Shown here: piece after piece, positions 1 to 10,061 of the stretch
Numbering within the stretch: position 1 is the stretch's first letter
How the letters are laid out: each line of letters starts with the position of its first letter
Assembly: GCA_045611585.1 (NCBI GenBank)
Contig: JAZKXM010000088.1
Span: 1 to 56,941 of the forward strand
DNA: 56,941 nt
Reading direction: 5' to 3'
Source: Candidatus Scatosoma sp.
Lineage (GTDB): Bacteria > Bacillota > Clostridia > Christensenellales > Borkfalkiaceae
Notes under the pieces: model-generated
Seen by the model: the letters and a program-made list of their open reading frames with translations, nothing else
Database searches by the model: none
Told to the model about the DNA's origin: nothing
Made by a program: the position numbers and the translations under genes

Positions 1-122
<122 letters not shown>

Positions 123-165
123 CCGCCCAAACGCATAAAAAAATACGAAAAAGCTCTCTTACCGC

Positions 166-194
166 TTGAAATTTGCAAAAATATTTGGTATAAT
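166..194 (+). promoter_or_regulatory. sigma-A type promoter for yicC operon
   Basis: TTGAAA (166-171), 17-nt spacer, TATAAT (189-194), about 50 nt upstream of the yicC ATG. Confidence 0.55.
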
Positions 195-244
195 AATGGG
201 ACTTATAACACTCTGCCCTATAAGGGCAGGACGGAGAAAACGCT

Positions 245-1120
245 ATGCTTAGTATGACGGGGTACGGAAAAGGGGAATATAAAGAGGGCGGCGTAGAGCT
301 GACCTGTGAGATTAAGACGGTAAACAACCGTTATTTGGACGTATCTATCAAAGCGCCCAGAATTTTCACCGCGTACGAGGACGTCGTGCGGACGATGGTG
401 CGCGAAAAGCTGACCCGCGGTCACGCGGACGTATTCGTTTCCTTAAAGGATAAACGGGAAAAGCCGACTGCGCTTGCCGTAGATACCGCGCTTGCCGCGT
501 CCTACGTTGCGGCGGCAACGGAAATTAAAAAAGCCTTCCCCGATTTGCCTGACGATTTGACGTTGACCTCCGTGCTTCGCTATCCCGACGTGTTAAAGCA
601 GGAAGAAACGCAATCGGTGGACGATACCCTGATCGAGGCGTTGAAAAGTGCGCTTGGCGAGGCGCTTGATAACCTCAACAAAATGCGCGCCGTCGAGGGC
701 GCAAAATTGAAGGCGGATATGTGCAGCCGCGTGGATACGATCGAAAAGCTGGTGCAGGATATTTCCGCTCGCGCGCCCGAAATTTCGAAAAACTACCGCG
801 AACGTTTGGAAAACCGAGTAAAAGAGTATCTTAGCGAAGTCAACCCCGACGAGGCGAGATTGCTTACCGAGGTGGCGATTTTTGCGGATAAGAGCAATAT
901 CGACGAGGAGCTGACAAGGCTGCGTTCGCATATCGAGCAGTTCCGTTCAATTGCCGAAGAGGGGATCGTTGGCAGAAAGCTGGACTTTCTGGTGCAAGAA
1001 TTTAACCGCGAGGCGAACACGACCTGTTCAAAGAGTAACGACGTCGCCATCACTCGCGCGGGGCTTGCGCTGAAAAACGAGATAGAGAAGATTCGCGAAC
1101 AGGTACAAAACGTAGAGTGA
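245..1120 (+). CDS. yicC: YicC/YloC family stress-induced protein
   Basis: 291-aa ORF starting MLSMTGYGKGE; C-terminal ..LVQEFNREANT..SKSND.. region typical of the YicC family; GGAGAA RBS; sits before gmk as in B. subtilis yloC. Confidence 0.9.
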   Translation: MLSMTGYGKGEYKEGGVELTCEIKTVNNRYLDVSIKAPRIFTAYEDVVRTMVREKLTRGHADVFVSLKDKREKPTALAVDTALAASYVAAATEIKKAFPDLPDDLTLTSVLRYPDVLKQEETQSVDDTLIEALKSALGEALDNLNKMRAVEGAKLKADMCSRVDTIEKLVQDISARAPEISKNYRERLENRVKEYLSEVNPDEARLLTEVAIFADKSNIDEELTRLRSHIEQFRSIAEEGIVGRKLDFLVQEFNREANTTCSKSNDVAITRAGLALKNEIEKIREQVQNVE

Positions 1121-1142
1121 TTGCCAAAGAAGAGGAAAGGGT

Positions 1143-1703
1143 ATGAAAAACGTATTGCTTGCAATTTCCGGCCCGTCGGGGGTGGGAAAAGGCACGATCA
1201 AAAAAGAATTGATGCGCCGTCGGCCTGACGTCGTCGAATCCATCTCCTGCACCACCCGTTTGCCGCGGGAAGGGGAAGCGCACGGCAGGGAATATTTTTT
1301 CATTTCTCATGAAGAATTTAGAAGCCGTATCGAGCAAGGGGACTTTTTAGAATACGACGAGCATTTCGGTAACTTTTACGGTACGCCGAAATCCTTTGTG
1401 GAAAAGACGTTGAGGGACAAATCAGTCATTTTGGAAATAGACGTCGTAGGGGCGTTAAACGCCAAAAAGGAGTTTCCCGATTGCCTGTTGATTATGGTCG
1501 TTCCGCCGTCGGTGGAAGAACTGAAAAAACGCTTAATGGGCAGAAATTCGGAAACGGAAACGGAGATACAAACCCGTTTGGATCGGTTGAATTACGAGCT
1601 GTCGCTCAAAGACAAATACGATTATATCGTCGTCAACGAAACGGTGGACGGCGCGGTGGAGGAGATAATTTCCATTATCGACGAAGCCAAAAATAAACAA
1701 TAA
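1143..1703 (+). CDS. gmk: guanylate kinase
   Basis: 186 aa with P-loop GPSGVGKGT and ..TTR.PR.GE..G..Y.F.. signature; conserved position between yicC and rpoZ. Confidence 0.95.
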   Translation: MKNVLLAISGPSGVGKGTIKKELMRRRPDVVESISCTTRLPREGEAHGREYFFISHEEFRSRIEQGDFLEYDEHFGNFYGTPKSFVEKTLRDKSVILEIDVVGALNAKKEFPDCLLIMVVPPSVEELKKRLMGRNSETETEIQTRLDRLNYELSLKDKYDYIVVNETVDGAVEEIISIIDEAKNKQ

Positions 1704-1731
1704 AAAACCTAAATAAGGAGAGTGAAAGTAT

Positions 1732-1950
1732 ATGATTAATGAACCCGCAGTTGACGTTTTGATTAGAAAACTCGGCACGGAAGAAGAGCCGATCAGCCGC
1801 TACGCGCTTTGCACGGTAGCGTCTAAGAGAGCCCGCCAAATTATCGAGGCGGACAGAAACCTTGGCACGTCCTCCGACGGCAAGGACAAAGAGCTTTTGA
1901 CGGCGTGCAAGGATATTGCGAACGGCAAAGTCATTATCGCCAAAGACTAA
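1732..1950 (+). CDS. rpoZ: DNA-directed RNA polymerase subunit omega
   Basis: 72 aa with ..SRYALCTVASKRARQI.. omega core; strong RBS AAGGAG; follows gmk. Confidence 0.9.
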   Translation: MINEPAVDVLIRKLGTEEEPISRYALCTVASKRARQIIEADRNLGTSSDGKDKELLTACKDIANGKVIIAKD

Positions 1951-1956
1951 AAAAAT

Positions 1957-1979
1957 GCCTCGCTTGCGGGGCGTTTTTT
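1957..1979 (+). terminator. intrinsic terminator after rpoZ
   Basis: GCCTCGC..GCGGGGC stem (one G-U pair) followed by TTTTTT. Confidence 0.55.
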
Positions 1980-2052
1980 AATGAACGATCTCGGTAAAAT
2001 CTGTCTATTTTTGACGAAAAAAGGCAAAAAAATTTCATAAGGAGGGGCGAAG

Positions 2053-4227
2053 ATGATCGCGGAAGTGATCGTAGATATCGCGGCAAGCGAAACGGATAGG
2101 ATATTCGATTATCTCTGCGACGACGGCACCGTCGTCGGCAGTCGGGGTCGCGCGCCCTTCGGCGGGAAAATTTTACCGGGATTTGTCATGCGGTTAAAGG
2201 AAAAATCCGACCTGCCGACGGAGAAGCTGAAAAAGGTATTCCCCTGCGGGGACGAATTGCCCGCGCTCAACGCCGAATGTTTGCGTATGGCGGAAAAGAT
2301 TGCGGCGCGGTATCGCGTGCCGAAGGCGCTGTCTTTGCGCCTTTTTTTGCCTTCGGAGATGCGGACGGGAAAGGTGCGCGAGCTGTTTAAAAACTATGCC
2401 GAATTGACTGGTCCTATCGAGGAAATGACCTTTCGCGCCTCTGCAAAAAACCAGATCGGCGTCGCGAAATATCTTGCCGAACACGGCAAGACGGAGTGCG
2501 CCTACCTCAACGGCTTGTACGCAGGCGGGGTGGCGGCTTTGGAGAAAAAGGGGTACGTTAGGATATTGAAAGAACAGCTGCAACGCGACCCCTATAGGGC
2601 GATGGAGGGGGAAGGGCAAGTCCACCGTTTGACGGAGGATCAGTCGGCGGCGGTGACCGCCGTCGGGACGGATGAAAGAACGGTACAGCTTATACACGGC
2701 GTGACGGGCAGCGGCAAGACGGAGATTTATTTGACGTTGATCGCGCAATGCTTGAAGAAGGGGCAAAGCTCTATCTTTTTAGTCCCCGAAATTTCATTGA
2801 CTCCCCAAATGCTGTCCCAGCTTCGCGCGCGGTTTGGGAAAAACGCGGCGATTTTACACAGCGGCTTATCCGCAGGCGAACGGTTTGACGAGTGGTGGCG
2901 GCTTCGCACGGGCGAGGCGAAAATTGCCATCGGCGCGAGAAGCGCGATCTTTGCGCCGCTGGAAAATTTGGGCGTAATCATCATCGACGAGGAGCACGAT
3001 TCCAGCTATTTAAGCGAAACTGCCCCTAGATATTCCACCTTCGACGTGGCGTTAATGCGGGCGAAATACAACGGTTGCAAGCTGATTTTGGGCAGCGCAA
3101 CCCCCGCTGTGGAAACGTACAAACGCGCGCTTTCGGGCGAATTTAACCTGATCAAGCTGACGAAACGAATCAACAAACGCCCCCTGCCCGAGGTGGTGAT
3201 TGCGGATATGCGGCGGGAGGTGCGCCGCGGGAATAATTCCGCGTTTTCCACACAGCTGAAAGAGGAGCTGGAAAAATGCCTTGCGGAGGGAAACCAAGCC
3301 ATTTTATTTTTGAACCGTCGCGGATATTCGCAAACGGTCATCTGTAAGGAATGCGGCTACGTGGCAAAATGCGAGGCGTGCGACGTGTCCTTGACCTATC
3401 ACCGCGAGGACGATTGCTTAAAATGCCATTATTGCGGGGCGCGGTACCGTATGCTGAAAGGCTGTCCTGAATGTGGCGGCGTCAAGCTTTCCTATGCGGG
3501 CACGGGTACCCAACGAATTGTGGAGGAATTGAAAAAACTGTACCCCGCCGCGCGGATCTTGCGTATGGACAACGACACGACGGGCGGCAAGGAAGGGCAT
3601 TATAAAATTTTAAAGACGTTTGCCGAAAAAAAGGCGGATATCCTTGTCGGAACGCAAATGATTGCAAAGGGACATGATTTCCCTTCCGTTACCCTCGTTG
3701 GGATTTTAGACGCGGATATGAGCTTGCATTTTTCCGATTATCGCAGTGGCGAGCGTACCTTCCAGCTGTTGACGCAGGTGGCGGGCAGAAGCGGGCGCGC
3801 GGAGGCGCAGGGCAAAGTGGTGCTGCAAACCTTCGATCCTGAAAACGAAGTATTGCGGTATGCAATCGCGTACGATTACGAGGGGTTTTATAAAAACGAA
3901 ATTTCCATGCGCGCGGCGATGGCGTTCCCGCCCTATTCAAAAATCGTGCGGGTGCTGGTGACGGGTGAGGACGAAAAAAAGACGTTGGAAACGTTAAAGA
4001 CGGTGTTTTTTGATTTGGAAAAGCTATATCTTGCCAACACGGAAAAATTCCTCTTTTTCAACAAGATGCACGCGCCCATTAAAAAGCTACAAAACAAAGT
4101 GCGCTATCAGGTGCTGATGCGTCTTTCGGACACCTCCGTGTTGCCGACGGTGTACGATATTTGCGCGGCGGCGAAAAATAGAGACGTTTTGGTTGCGGTA
4201 GAGGAAAATCCTTCCAACCTCAGTTAA
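2053..4227 (+). CDS. priA: primosomal protein N' (replication restart helicase PriA)
   Basis: 724 aa; Walker A GVTGSGKTE; DEEH box (IIIDEEHD); Cys-rich Zn-binding insertion CKECGY..CEACD..CHYCG..CPECG. Confidence 0.95.
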   Translation: MIAEVIVDIAASETDRIFDYLCDDGTVVGSRGRAPFGGKILPGFVMRLKEKSDLPTEKLKKVFPCGDELPALNAECLRMAEKIAARYRVPKALSLRLFLPSEMRTGKVRELFKNYAELTGPIEEMTFRASAKNQIGVAKYLAEHGKTECAYLNGLYAGGVAALEKKGYVRILKEQLQRDPYRAMEGEGQVHRLTEDQSAAVTAVGTDERTVQLIHGVTGSGKTEIYLTLIAQCLKKGQSSIFLVPEISLTPQMLSQLRARFGKNAAILHSGLSAGERFDEWWRLRTGEAKIAIGARSAIFAPLENLGVIIIDEEHDSSYLSETAPRYSTFDVALMRAKYNGCKLILGSATPAVETYKRALSGEFNLIKLTKRINKRPLPEVVIADMRREVRRGNNSAFSTQLKEELEKCLAEGNQAILFLNRRGYSQTVICKECGYVAKCEACDVSLTYHREDDCLKCHYCGARYRMLKGCPECGGVKLSYAGTGTQRIVEELKKLYPAARILRMDNDTTGGKEGHYKILKTFAEKKADILVGTQMIAKGHDFPSVTLVGILDADMSLHFSDYRSGERTFQLLTQVAGRSGRAEAQGKVVLQTFDPENEVLRYAIAYDYEGFYKNEISMRAAMAFPPYSKIVRVLVTGEDEKKTLETLKTVFFDLEKLYLANTEKFLFFNKMHAPIKKLQNKVRYQVLMRLSDTSVLPTVYDICAAAKNRDVLVAVEENPSNLS

Positions 4228-4300
4228 AAATAGAATTATATCATAATTATTTCATAATTTATACAGAATTTATCAGAACAATACAAGGAGAGAAAGAAAA

Positions 4301-4753
4301 ATGGCGGTACGTAACGTAGTGCAGATGGGCGATGAAGTATTAAGAGGAAAGTGCCTTGCGGTGGAAAACTTTGACGAAAAGCTGTGGGCTTTGTTGGACG
4401 ATATGAAGGACACGGTAAAGGCGGAAAAGGGCGCGGGGCTTGCCGCGCCGCAGGTCGGCGTACTCCGTCGGGTCGTCGTCGTAGATGTTGACGAGGGGTA
4501 TTTCGAATTTATCAATCCCGTTATGTTGCAACAAAAGGGTGAGCAAACGGGCTGGGAAGGCTGTCTGTCCGTTCGCGGTAAAAACGGGGTGGTATCCCGT
4601 CCGATGAAGGTAAAAATTTCCTTTCAGGACAGAAACGGGGAAAAATATATCCTGCAAGCGAAAGGCTTTTTTGCCCGTGCAATCTGTCACGAATTAGACC
4701 ATTTAGACGGCATTTTGTACGTCGATAAAGCAACGCATATCGAGCGCGTTTGA
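4301..4753 (+). CDS. def: peptide deformylase
   Basis: All three deformylase motifs present: GLAAPQVG, EGCLS, HELDH. Confidence 0.95.
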   Translation: MAVRNVVQMGDEVLRGKCLAVENFDEKLWALLDDMKDTVKAEKGAGLAAPQVGVLRRVVVVDVDEGYFEFINPVMLQQKGEQTGWEGCLSVRGKNGVVSRPMKVKISFQDRNGEKYILQAKGFFARAICHELDHLDGILYVDKATHIERV

Positions 4754-4812
4754 CGTCCCGTGCCGCCCTTGGCGGTTGGGATTCGTCGCCGTAAGGCGAA
4801 AAGGAGGCTGTT

Positions 4813-5769
4813 ATGAAGATACTTTACGCGGGGACTCCGCAATTTGCCGTACCCCCCTTGCAAAGGCTGATCGAGGCGGGCTTTGAGGTGGTGGGCGTCG
4901 TGACGCAAGCGGACAAGCCGCAGGGCAGAAAAGGCGCGCTTACCCCGCCGCCCGTAAAGGTATTAGCCGAAGAAAAAGGGCTGCCCGTTTTGCAGTCCGA
5001 ACGTATCAGGGAGGAGCTTTCCGCTCTTTCCGCCTTTGGCGCGGACGTAATGGTCACCTGCGCGTACGGGCAAATCCTGACCCAAGCCGTTTTAGACCTT
5101 TTCCCCAAAGGGGTATGGAATATCCACGCGGGGCTTTTGCCTGCTTATCGCGGGGCGTCGCCCATTCAAAATTGCCTGTTGAACGGGGAAACGGAAACGG
5201 GCGTTTCGGTGATGAAAACGGAGCTTGGTTTGGACAGCGGCGATATTTTGTACGTTCAAAAAACTCCCGTATCCCCTACGGAAACGTACGGTCAGCTTTC
5301 CGACCGACTTTCCCTAATCGGCGCGGAGTGTATCGTTACGGCGATGAATATGGTAAAAAACGGTGCTTATACCCTTCAAAAGCAAGGGGAGAACGGGGTG
5401 AATATCTTCCGCAAAATCAATAAGGAGCACGCGGCGATTGACTTTTCCAAAACGCCGAATTCGGTGGTAAATTTGGTGCGTGCAATGAACCCAGCACCCG
5501 TTGCGTACACGGCGGTTGAGGGCAACAAAGTGAACGTCTATTTGGCGGAAGAATTCCCGCTTTTGGACGGTTCGCCTTTGGCGTTGGCGGCGGCTGACGC
5601 GGCGGCGGGCGAGGTGCTGTCCGATTCCCCCAAGCAGGGCTTGATCGTCAAATGCGGCGATGGCGCGGTAAAGCTTTTAGAGGTGCAGGCGGCGGGCGGT
5701 AAACGAATGTCGGGCGGTGATTTTTTAAACGGCAGAAAGGCTCGCAAAGGGCAGGTGCTGTCATGCTGA
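4813..5769 (+). CDS. fmt: methionyl-tRNA formyltransferase
   Basis: 318 aa; NIHAGLLPAYRGASPIQ formyltransferase motif; def-fmt synteny. Confidence 0.95.
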   Translation: MKILYAGTPQFAVPPLQRLIEAGFEVVGVVTQADKPQGRKGALTPPPVKVLAEEKGLPVLQSERIREELSALSAFGADVMVTCAYGQILTQAVLDLFPKGVWNIHAGLLPAYRGASPIQNCLLNGETETGVSVMKTELGLDSGDILYVQKTPVSPTETYGQLSDRLSLIGAECIVTAMNMVKNGAYTLQKQGENGVNIFRKINKEHAAIDFSKTPNSVVNLVRAMNPAPVAYTAVEGNKVNVYLAEEFPLLDGSPLALAAADAAAGEVLSDSPKQGLIVKCGDGAVKLLEVQAAGGKRMSGGDFLNGRKARKGQVLSC

Positions 5770-6998
5770 GCAATCCCGTTTACGACCCCTTTCAAATCCT
5801 GACGAAGGTGTATTCGGACGGGGCGCATTTAAAGCAAGCGATCGCGGAAACGTACATTGAGGAACAGTATCGTTCGCGCACGGTAAAGATTGTTTACGGA
5901 GTGCTGGAACAGGACGGATATTTAGATTTTTGCATTAAGCATTACGCGCCGAAATCGCCAAAGCTGGCGGTGCGGATTATTTTAAAAATTTCGCTGTATA
6001 TGCTGCTGTACATGGACAAGCAAAAATATATGGTGACCGATTGCGCCGTTTCCCTTTGCAAAAAGCTGGGAAAAGCGGGTGTGTCGGGGTTTGTCAACGC
6101 CTTTTTACGCCGCTTTGACAAATCGGCTATAGATGGGGCGATCCCCAAAGGTTTAGAGGGGGAGGCGATCGCGCTTTCCTATCCTTTGTTCGCCTATAAA
6201 AAGCTGGTAAAGGAATACGGAAAAAGGGGCGAAAAAATCGCTGCGGCGACCTCCCAAGGCGTTTCCGTTCGGTTTGAAAGAAATGCTGAAAAATACGCCG
6301 AAAAACCGCATATTTCAACTCCGTTTGAGGATAACCTCATCTTTCCCCATTTCGTCCGCGACGAGGGGTTTGATCGGGGGGATTATACCTTTCAATCGGT
6401 GGGCAGTATCGCAATTTGCGCCTGCGTTTCGCCTTGCGAAAAAATGCTGGACGCGTGCGCCGCGCCGGGCGGCAAATCCGTTTTGCTTGCAAAAAAATGT
6501 AAGAAAGTGACCTCTTTCGAGCTGCACCCCCATCGGGTTGCGCTCATTTCCCAATACAAGGCGCGTATGGGCGTTAAAAACGTCAACGAAATGCAAAAGG
6601 ACAGCTCCGCTTACGACGAAAAATACGAGGAATATTTTGACGGAGTGCTGTGCGACGTGCCTTGTTCGGGTTACGGTACGATCAGCGAAAACCCCGACAT
6701 CAAGCTGTTTCGAAAGGAGGGAGATTTCGCGTCCTTGCGCAAAGCGCAAAGGGAAATTTTAAAAACCTGCTCTCGCTACGTGAAAAAGGGCGGGGTGTTG
6801 TATTATTCTACTTGCTCTCTTTTCGAGGAGGAAAACGACGGCGTAGTGGGGGAATTTTTAAAGGAGAATCCGCAATTTTGCGTTTGCGAAACGGACAGCC
6901 CGCTTACGCACGAGAAAAAGCGGTTTGGCTTGCAATTTTTGCCTGATACGGCGTATGGGGCAGGGTTTTACGTTTGTAAGCTGACGCGCGAGAAATAA
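5763..6998 (+). CDS. rsmB: 16S rRNA (cytosine-C5)-methyltransferase RsmB/Sun
   Basis: SAM motif DACAAPGGK and catalytic Cys motifs DVPCSG and YSTCS; ATGCTGA overlap with the fmt stop. Confidence 0.9.
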   Translation: MLSNPVYDPFQILTKVYSDGAHLKQAIAETYIEEQYRSRTVKIVYGVLEQDGYLDFCIKHYAPKSPKLAVRIILKISLYMLLYMDKQKYMVTDCAVSLCKKLGKAGVSGFVNAFLRRFDKSAIDGAIPKGLEGEAIALSYPLFAYKKLVKEYGKRGEKIAAATSQGVSVRFERNAEKYAEKPHISTPFEDNLIFPHFVRDEGFDRGDYTFQSVGSIAICACVSPCEKMLDACAAPGGKSVLLAKKCKKVTSFELHPHRVALISQYKARMGVKNVNEMQKDSSAYDEKYEEYFDGVLCDVPCSGYGTISENPDIKLFRKEGDFASLRKAQREILKTCSRYVKKGGVLYYSTCSLFEEENDGVVGEFLKENPQFCVCETDSPLTHEKKRFGLQFLPDTAYGAGFYVCKLTREK

Positions 6999-7023
6999 GG
7001 CGAAAAAGGGTTTAAAAAGGCTT

Positions 7024-8082
7024 ATGAAAAAGATTTTACAAGATTTGTCGTTTGCGGAATTAGAACAGCTGGTCTTGTCCTACGGGGAAAAGAAATTCCG
7101 CGCAAAACAGCTTTACGAAGGGTTGATGCAGGGGAAGGCGATTTCTGCCGTTTCTTCCCTTTCTAAGGCGTTTAAAGAGCGAATTTTGGAAGAATACGAG
7201 GACGAGCCAATCAAGGTAAAAGAGGTGTTCACCTCCGCGGACGGCACGGAAAAATATCTTTTTCAGTTTGCGGACGGGAACCTTGTCGAAGGGGTACTGA
7301 TGAAATACAAATACGGCTATACGCAATGCGTTTCCACGCAGGTCGGGTGCCGTATGGGCTGCAAATTTTGCGCTTCTACCTTAAACGGCTTGGTGCGCAA
7401 TTTGACGTCGGGGGAGATCATGTCGCAAATTCTTTTGGTCAACGCGCTGCACAAAAAGGACGCGCCCAAGGGGGTAGGGGAAACCCGCGCCGTCACCAAC
7501 GTAGTGCTGATGGGCAGCGGCGAGCCGCTCGACAATTACGACCACGTAATCAAGTTTTTAAGGAACGTAACCGCCGAGGGCGGCGTATGTATCAGCGCTC
7601 GAAATATCTCCCTTTCTACCTGCGGCTTAGTGCCTAAAATGTACCGCTTAGCGGAGGAGGGGATTCCGCTGAATTTGACCGTTTCCCTGCACGCGACGGA
7701 CGACGAAATGCGCGCAAGGACAATGCCCGTCGCTAAGGCGTATAAGATTGAAGAAATTTTAAAGGCGTGCGCCTATTATTTCAAGAAAACGGGTAGGCGG
7801 TACTATTTCGAATATACCCTCATAGAGGGCGAAAACTGCGACGAACAGCACGCAGACGCGCTTGTAAAACTGTTGAAAGGAAAGCCCTGCCACGTCAATC
7901 TTATTCGCTTGAACGAGGTGAAGGAGCGGGAGTTGAAAAGTATCTCCGACAAGGCGGCGTATCGGTTTTTGGGGCGGTTGGAAAAGGGCGGCTTATCGGC
8001 GACCTTGCGCCGTCAAATCGGCGTGGATATCGGCGGCGCGTGCGGGCAGCTTCGCGCAAGCTATTTGCAAGAGCAGGAATAA
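7024..8082 (+). CDS. rlmN: 23S rRNA/tRNA (adenine-C2)-methyltransferase RlmN (radical SAM)
   Basis: CX3CX2C (CRMGCKFC); C-terminal GGACGQL with the second catalytic Cys; ylo-cluster position. Confidence 0.95.
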   Translation: MKKILQDLSFAELEQLVLSYGEKKFRAKQLYEGLMQGKAISAVSSLSKAFKERILEEYEDEPIKVKEVFTSADGTEKYLFQFADGNLVEGVLMKYKYGYTQCVSTQVGCRMGCKFCASTLNGLVRNLTSGEIMSQILLVNALHKKDAPKGVGETRAVTNVVLMGSGEPLDNYDHVIKFLRNVTAEGGVCISARNISLSTCGLVPKMYRLAEEGIPLNLTVSLHATDDEMRARTMPVAKAYKIEEILKACAYYFKKTGRRYYFEYTLIEGENCDEQHADALVKLLKGKPCHVNLIRLNEVKERELKSISDKAAYRFLGRLEKGGLSATLRRQIGVDIGGACGQLRASYLQEQE

Positions 8083-8157
8083 GAAGATTAAAGCAAAAGA
8101 CAATAGGACAAAAACCGCCCTTTAAGGCGGATTTCGTAAGGAATAAAAGGAGAACGT

Positions 8158-8811
8158 ATGAAACAAATTAAAATTGCGCCGTCTATTTTATCGGCGGACT
8201 TTTCCAAAATGGGCGAGGAGGTAGCCTCGCTTGAACAATGCGGCGCGGATCTTGTGCATTGTGACGTAATGGACGGAGTGTTCGTCAATAACATCACCTT
8301 TGGGATTAAGATGGTGGAGGATATCCGTAAAAAAACCTCGTTGCCGCTCGATTGTCACTTGATGATCGTTCACCCTGAAAAGTACGTCGAACGGTTTGCA
8401 AAGGCGGGCGCAGACATTATCACCGTGCATTACGAGGCGTGCAAGGACAATTTGGAGGAGGTGTTGAGCCTCATCAAATCTACGGGCGTAAAATGCGGCG
8501 CCGTCATCAATCCCGACACCCCCGTAGAAAAAATCAAAGAGGTTATTCCCTTTTGCGATATGGTGCTGATTATGAGTGTTTTCCCTGGGTTTGGCGGGCA
8601 AAAATTTATCCCCGAAGCGTTGGATAAATTGCGCGAAGTTCGCGCGATTGTCGATGGGCTGGATAAGGAGATCGACGTACAGATTGACGGTGGCGTTACG
8701 GCGGAAAACGTAAACGAGATCAAGGCGGCGGGCGCAAATGTAATTGTGGCGGGCAGCGCCGTGTTTAAGGCGGCGGACCGCGCGGCAATGATTAGCGTTT
8801 TAAAAGCGTAA
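8158..8811 (+). CDS. rpe: ribulose-phosphate 3-epimerase
   Basis: PSILSADF, HCDVMDG and MSVFPGFGGQKF motifs. Confidence 0.95.
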   Translation: MKQIKIAPSILSADFSKMGEEVASLEQCGADLVHCDVMDGVFVNNITFGIKMVEDIRKKTSLPLDCHLMIVHPEKYVERFAKAGADIITVHYEACKDNLEEVLSLIKSTGVKCGAVINPDTPVEKIKEVIPFCDMVLIMSVFPGFGGQKFIPEALDKLREVRAIVDGLDKEIDVQIDGGVTAENVNEIKAAGANVIVAGSAVFKAADRAAMISVLKA

Positions 8812-8827
8812 GTAAGAGGAGTAAAAA

Positions 8828-9439
8828 ATGAAACTTTCCGCATTAAAAGAGGAGGATATTCCTTCCCTTTCCGTTCAAAGGAAAACAGAATTTTTATTTG
8901 CGCCCGTCCGTGACGGCGGCGAGAGCGCGGACGTTGCTTTATTGCTTGGCGGCGGCCCCGAAACGCATGATCGGGTGCAAGCGGCGATAAAGCTTTATAA
9001 GGCGGGTAGGGTAAAATATATCGTGCCGACGGGAGCCCCTGACGTCGATTATGAGGGCGAAAAAATTCCCGAGGCGGCGGCGATGAAAAAATGGCTGATA
9101 AAAGCGGGGGTAAAGAAGGAGCATATCTTCCCCGAGCCGCAGGCAAAAAACACGGCGGAGAATATGATGTTCGGCGCGATAACCATTTTGCGGAATATCC
9201 CGTTTAAGCCCTTTAAGCTGTTTGTCGTCACCTCCCAAGCGCACCTTTTGCGCAGCTTGCAGTTTGCAAAGCTCTGCTTGCCCTCTATCGTCACCGTTTA
9301 CGGCTATGCCAGCGAAAACCCGCGCGAGGGGCGGGATCAATGGTTCAAGGACGAGTGGTTTTCCGCGCGTGTGGATACCGAAATTAAGCTGATAAAATTA
9401 GGCGTCGATTACGGTTTTTTCCCCGATATGGAAATATAA
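8828..9439 (+). CDS. YdcF/DUF218 family protein
   Basis: 203 aa; ..ALLLGGG...R...A..LYKAG....IVPTG.. layout typical of DUF218 (YdcF/SanA/ElyC-like); good RBS. Confidence 0.7.
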   Translation: MKLSALKEEDIPSLSVQRKTEFLFAPVRDGGESADVALLLGGGPETHDRVQAAIKLYKAGRVKYIVPTGAPDVDYEGEKIPEAAAMKKWLIKAGVKKEHIFPEPQAKNTAENMMFGAITILRNIPFKPFKLFVVTSQAHLLRSLQFAKLCLPSIVTVYGYASENPREGRDQWFKDEWFSARVDTEIKLIKLGVDYGFFPDMEI

Positions 9440-9453
9440 AAGCAAAAGATAAA

Positions 9454-9487
9454 GCCCCGCCCTGCCGTTTGTGTCGGCGGGGCGGGG
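9454..9487 (+). terminator. GC-rich hairpin after the DUF218 gene
   Basis: CCCCGCCCTGCCG / CGGCGGGGCGGGG 13-bp stem with one mismatch; weak T tract downstream. Confidence 0.5.
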
Positions 9488-9558
9488 TTGTCGTTATAGG
9501 GGCGGCGCGATAAAGGCGCGATAAAGGCACGATAGCCGTTTAAAAATATCCAAACACG

Positions 9559-9588
9559 AAAAAAAGGCTGTCGCGTTACACGACAGCC
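9559..9588 (-). terminator. intrinsic terminator of rpmB
   Basis: Perfect 8-bp stem GGCTGTCG/CGACAGCC (9566-9573 / 9581-9588); the A-run 9559-9565 on the + strand is a U-run on the - strand. Confidence 0.7.
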
Positions 9589-9629
9589 AAACGTTTCGTT
9601 TTTGTCGGCGAAAATTTACGCCGAACAGC

Positions 9630-9812
9630 TTACGCGCGTTCTGCTTTCTTCAAGCATCTTGCGCAAACGTAACCGTTGACCTCTTTACCGTTTTCAACGT
9701 AGCTAACCTTTTGAACGTTCGCCTTGAAAGTTCTTCTCGTTTTACGGTTAGAGTGGCTGACGTTGTTTCCCGACGTTTGACCTTTACCGCAAATATTGCA
9801 CACTCTCGACAT
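9630..9812 (-). CDS. rpmB: 50S ribosomal protein L28
   Basis: 60 aa, [27 protein letters not shown]; strong RBS GGAGGTG. Confidence 0.95.
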   Translation of the reverse strand: MSRVCNICGKGQTSGNNVSHSNRKTRRTFKANVQKVSYVENGKEVNGYVCARCLKKAERA

Positions 9813-10009
9813 ATTGACACCTCCGATGGGATAATTTTGTCTTATTTACACTTATACATAATATATATAAGCACCAAAAGGTCTGCCTAAAAGTGGTAAG
9901 GCAGAAAACAAGCATAAATAATATATCACTATTTTGCCGAAAAAGCAATTAAAAACGAGGGGCAAAAAACAAAAAAATAAAAAAATATTGATAAAAATTA
10001 AAAAATTAC

Positions 10010-10038
10010 TTGCCAAACACGAAGAAATAGTGTACAAT
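10010..10038 (+). promoter_or_regulatory. sigma-A type promoter for asp23-yloV
   Basis: TTGCCA (10010-10015), 17 nt, TACAAT (10033-10038) with upstream TG. Confidence 0.55.
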
Positions 10039-10061
10039 GAAAAGGAACTTGGAGAGAAATT

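Noticed and set aside
8430-9146. 238-aa minus-strand ORF spanning rpe and the DUF218 gene
   Set aside because: It is antisense to two well-supported genes and crosses their intergenic RBS. The translation is Pro/Ser/Arg-rich and low-complexity.
9507-9535. 11-bp tandem repeat CGCGATAAAGG x2.6 between the DUF218 gene and rpmB
   Set aside because: It is too short and isolated to interpret. It sits between two convergent terminators and may be slippage debris.
9852-10037. 61-aa minus-strand ORF in the rpmB-asp23 intergenic region
   Set aside because: It is made of AT-rich promoter DNA (F/I/L/Y-rich translation), has no RBS, and overlaps the predicted asp23 promoter.
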